From: Folioceros fuciformis
Lineage: Eukaryota
Length of the DNA stretch: 34,845 nucleotides
Assembly (NCBI GenBank): GCA_049999805.1
Contig: JBNGIO010006142.1
Location: 1-34,845, forward strand
Reading direction: 5' to 3'
Shown: positions 33,425 through 34,845 of the stretch, piece after piece
Layout of the letters: each line of letters opens with the position of its first letter
How positions within the stretch are numbered: position 1 is the first letter of the stretch
Made by a program: the position numbers and the translations under genes
The notes under the pieces: model-generated
Databases searched by the model: none
What the model was told of the DNA's origin: nothing
The model's input: the letters and a program-made list of their open reading frames with translations, nothing else

Positions 33425-33466
33425 ACCTCCCACTTAAAGGCCAATTTACCTTCATAAGAGAGTGGT

Positions 33467-34845
33467 CTAGCTCATGCCCATGAGTGTCCGAGCTTGTGCG
33501 AATTGCTCCGTAGAGAGACCCTTGGTAAGAATATCTGCAGGGTTCTGACTGGTGTGAACTTTGACAAGCTGTACCCTCTTGTCTTCCAACACCTCTTGAA
33601 TGAAGTGATACTTCACTTCCACATGTTTGGTCTTCGCATGAAACACTGGATTCTTCGCCAACTGGATAGCACTCTGGCTATCACAATGCAACACTGGCAG
33701 CTCACCCTTGATCCCCAAATCTCCCACTAAACGAGCAAGCCACATGGCTTCCTTGCAAGCCTCAGTCGCTGCAACATACTCGGCCTCTGTGGTAGATAGC
33801 GTTATGCACGATTGCAAACGAGATCGCCATGAGACTGCCCCTCCAGTGCACATGAAGACATAACCTGATGTGGACCTCCTTTTGTCCATATCCCCTGCAT
33901 AATCAGCATCCGTATATCCCACTACAGATGCATCTTCACTACCAAAACATAAGCACAAAGCTTTTGTACCATTGAAATACCTCATAACTCCTTTCACTGC
34001 CTCCCAATGCTTCCTGCCACGGTTTGACATGAACCTGCTAACCACTCCCACTGCAAAAGCAATGTCAGGACGTGTAGCAATCATTGCATACATCAAACTC
34101 CCTACAGCTGATGAGTATGGAACCTTCTCCATTTTAGCTTTATCCTCCGCAGAACTTGGGCAATCCTTGCTCGAAAGTTTCACATATGGAGGCAACGGAG
34201 TACTTAAGACCTTCCCCTTCTCCATATTGAAACGTTGAAGCACCTTGTTAATGTATTTTGTCTGAGACAAGTACATCAAACGTTTCTGTCTATCTCGACG
34301 AATACGCATGCCAAGAATATGGCTTGCCTCNNNNNNNNNNNNNNNNNNNNNNNNNNNNNNNNNNNNNNNNNNNNNNNNNNNNNNNNNNNNNNNNNNNNNN
34401 NNNNNNNNNNNNNNNNNNNNNNNNNNNNNNCCATCCTTAGCTTGCTTCGTATAGAGGCAATGATCCATATCGCTACGCTTGTAGCCTTGAGAAAGCATAA
34501 ATGAGTGGAACTTGAAATACCACTCCCTGGGTGCCTGCTTCAAACCATAAAGGCTCTTCTTTAACTTGCACACCAGATTCTCTTTGCCCTTCTTAATGAA
34601 ACCCTATGGTTGCTGCATGTATACCTCTTCCTAGAGATCACCATGCAGAAATGCCGACTTCACATCCATCTGGACAAGTTCCATGTCGTTCCTCGCAACC
34701 AGACCAAGAACACGTCTCAAGGTAGTCATTTTGACAACTGGTGAGAAAATCTCATCAAAGTCAATACCTTGCTGTTGCTTAAAACCTTTAGGAACCAATC
34801 GTGCCTTGTACTTGGGTTTGCCATAATGGGGTATGTCCTTCATCT
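33467..34845 (-). pseudogene. Copia pol RT/RNase H, largely intact but with in-frame TAG stops at 34631-34633 and 34604-34606
   Basis: Reads LHGDL*EEVYMQQP*GFIKKGKENLVCKLKKSLYG. The YVDD region falls in the N gap 34331-34430. Confidence 0.9.

Larger units (their letters stand above)
33098..34845 (-). mobile_element. Ty1/Copia LTR retrotransposon 2, 3' part (RT, RNase H, PPT, 3' LTR); continues beyond the window
   Basis: [62 protein letters not shown] and ADILTKGL. PPT AAGTGGGAGG at 33426-33435; LTR 33424-33098 bounded by TGTAGG...CCTACA. Confidence 0.95.

Noticed and set aside
34604..34633. Retroelement stop codons repaired by U-to-C editing
   Set aside because: U-to-C editing is known for organellar transcripts, and every stop codon is trivially one C-to-T change from a sense codon. 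Ordinary mutational decay explains these stops.

Overview
A compact, gene-dense nuclear region of a non-seed land plant, most likely a hornwort. This is inferred from introns mostly 80-130 nt long and a PPR protein with a WW-type PG box. It is a draft assembly with N gaps at 1053-1152, 16787-16886, 26747-26756 and 34331-34430. From left to right the window holds: a decayed Ty1/Copia element with both LTRs, PBS and PPT (310-3379); intronless PRP22 helicase (-); a PLS-class E+ PPR editing factor (-); a 5-exon transmembrane RING-H2 E3 ligase (-); a Ginkbilobin-2/DUF26-like secreted protein running into a gap (+); an 8-exon plastid-targeted alpha/beta hydrolase (-); RFC3-type plastid bS6 (-) head-to-head with intronless cardiolipin synthase (+); a MITE-like repeat; a Gypsy integrase relic; an intronless 2OG-Fe(II) dioxygenase (+) convergent with 8-exon cytosolic RPE (-) carrying a 5-nt microexon; a Gypsy 3' LTR plus integrase relic; and the 3' half of a second Copia element (-). 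All exon structures were reconstructed by hand and each sums to a whole number of codons. The most notable observations are a decayed antisense ORF and a telomere-repeat insertion inside the first Copia, the truncated WW-type PPR, the atypical Gnk2-like gene, the possibly cyanobacterial-type hydrolase, and the RPE microexon. No wholly new system can be proven from the sequence alone.
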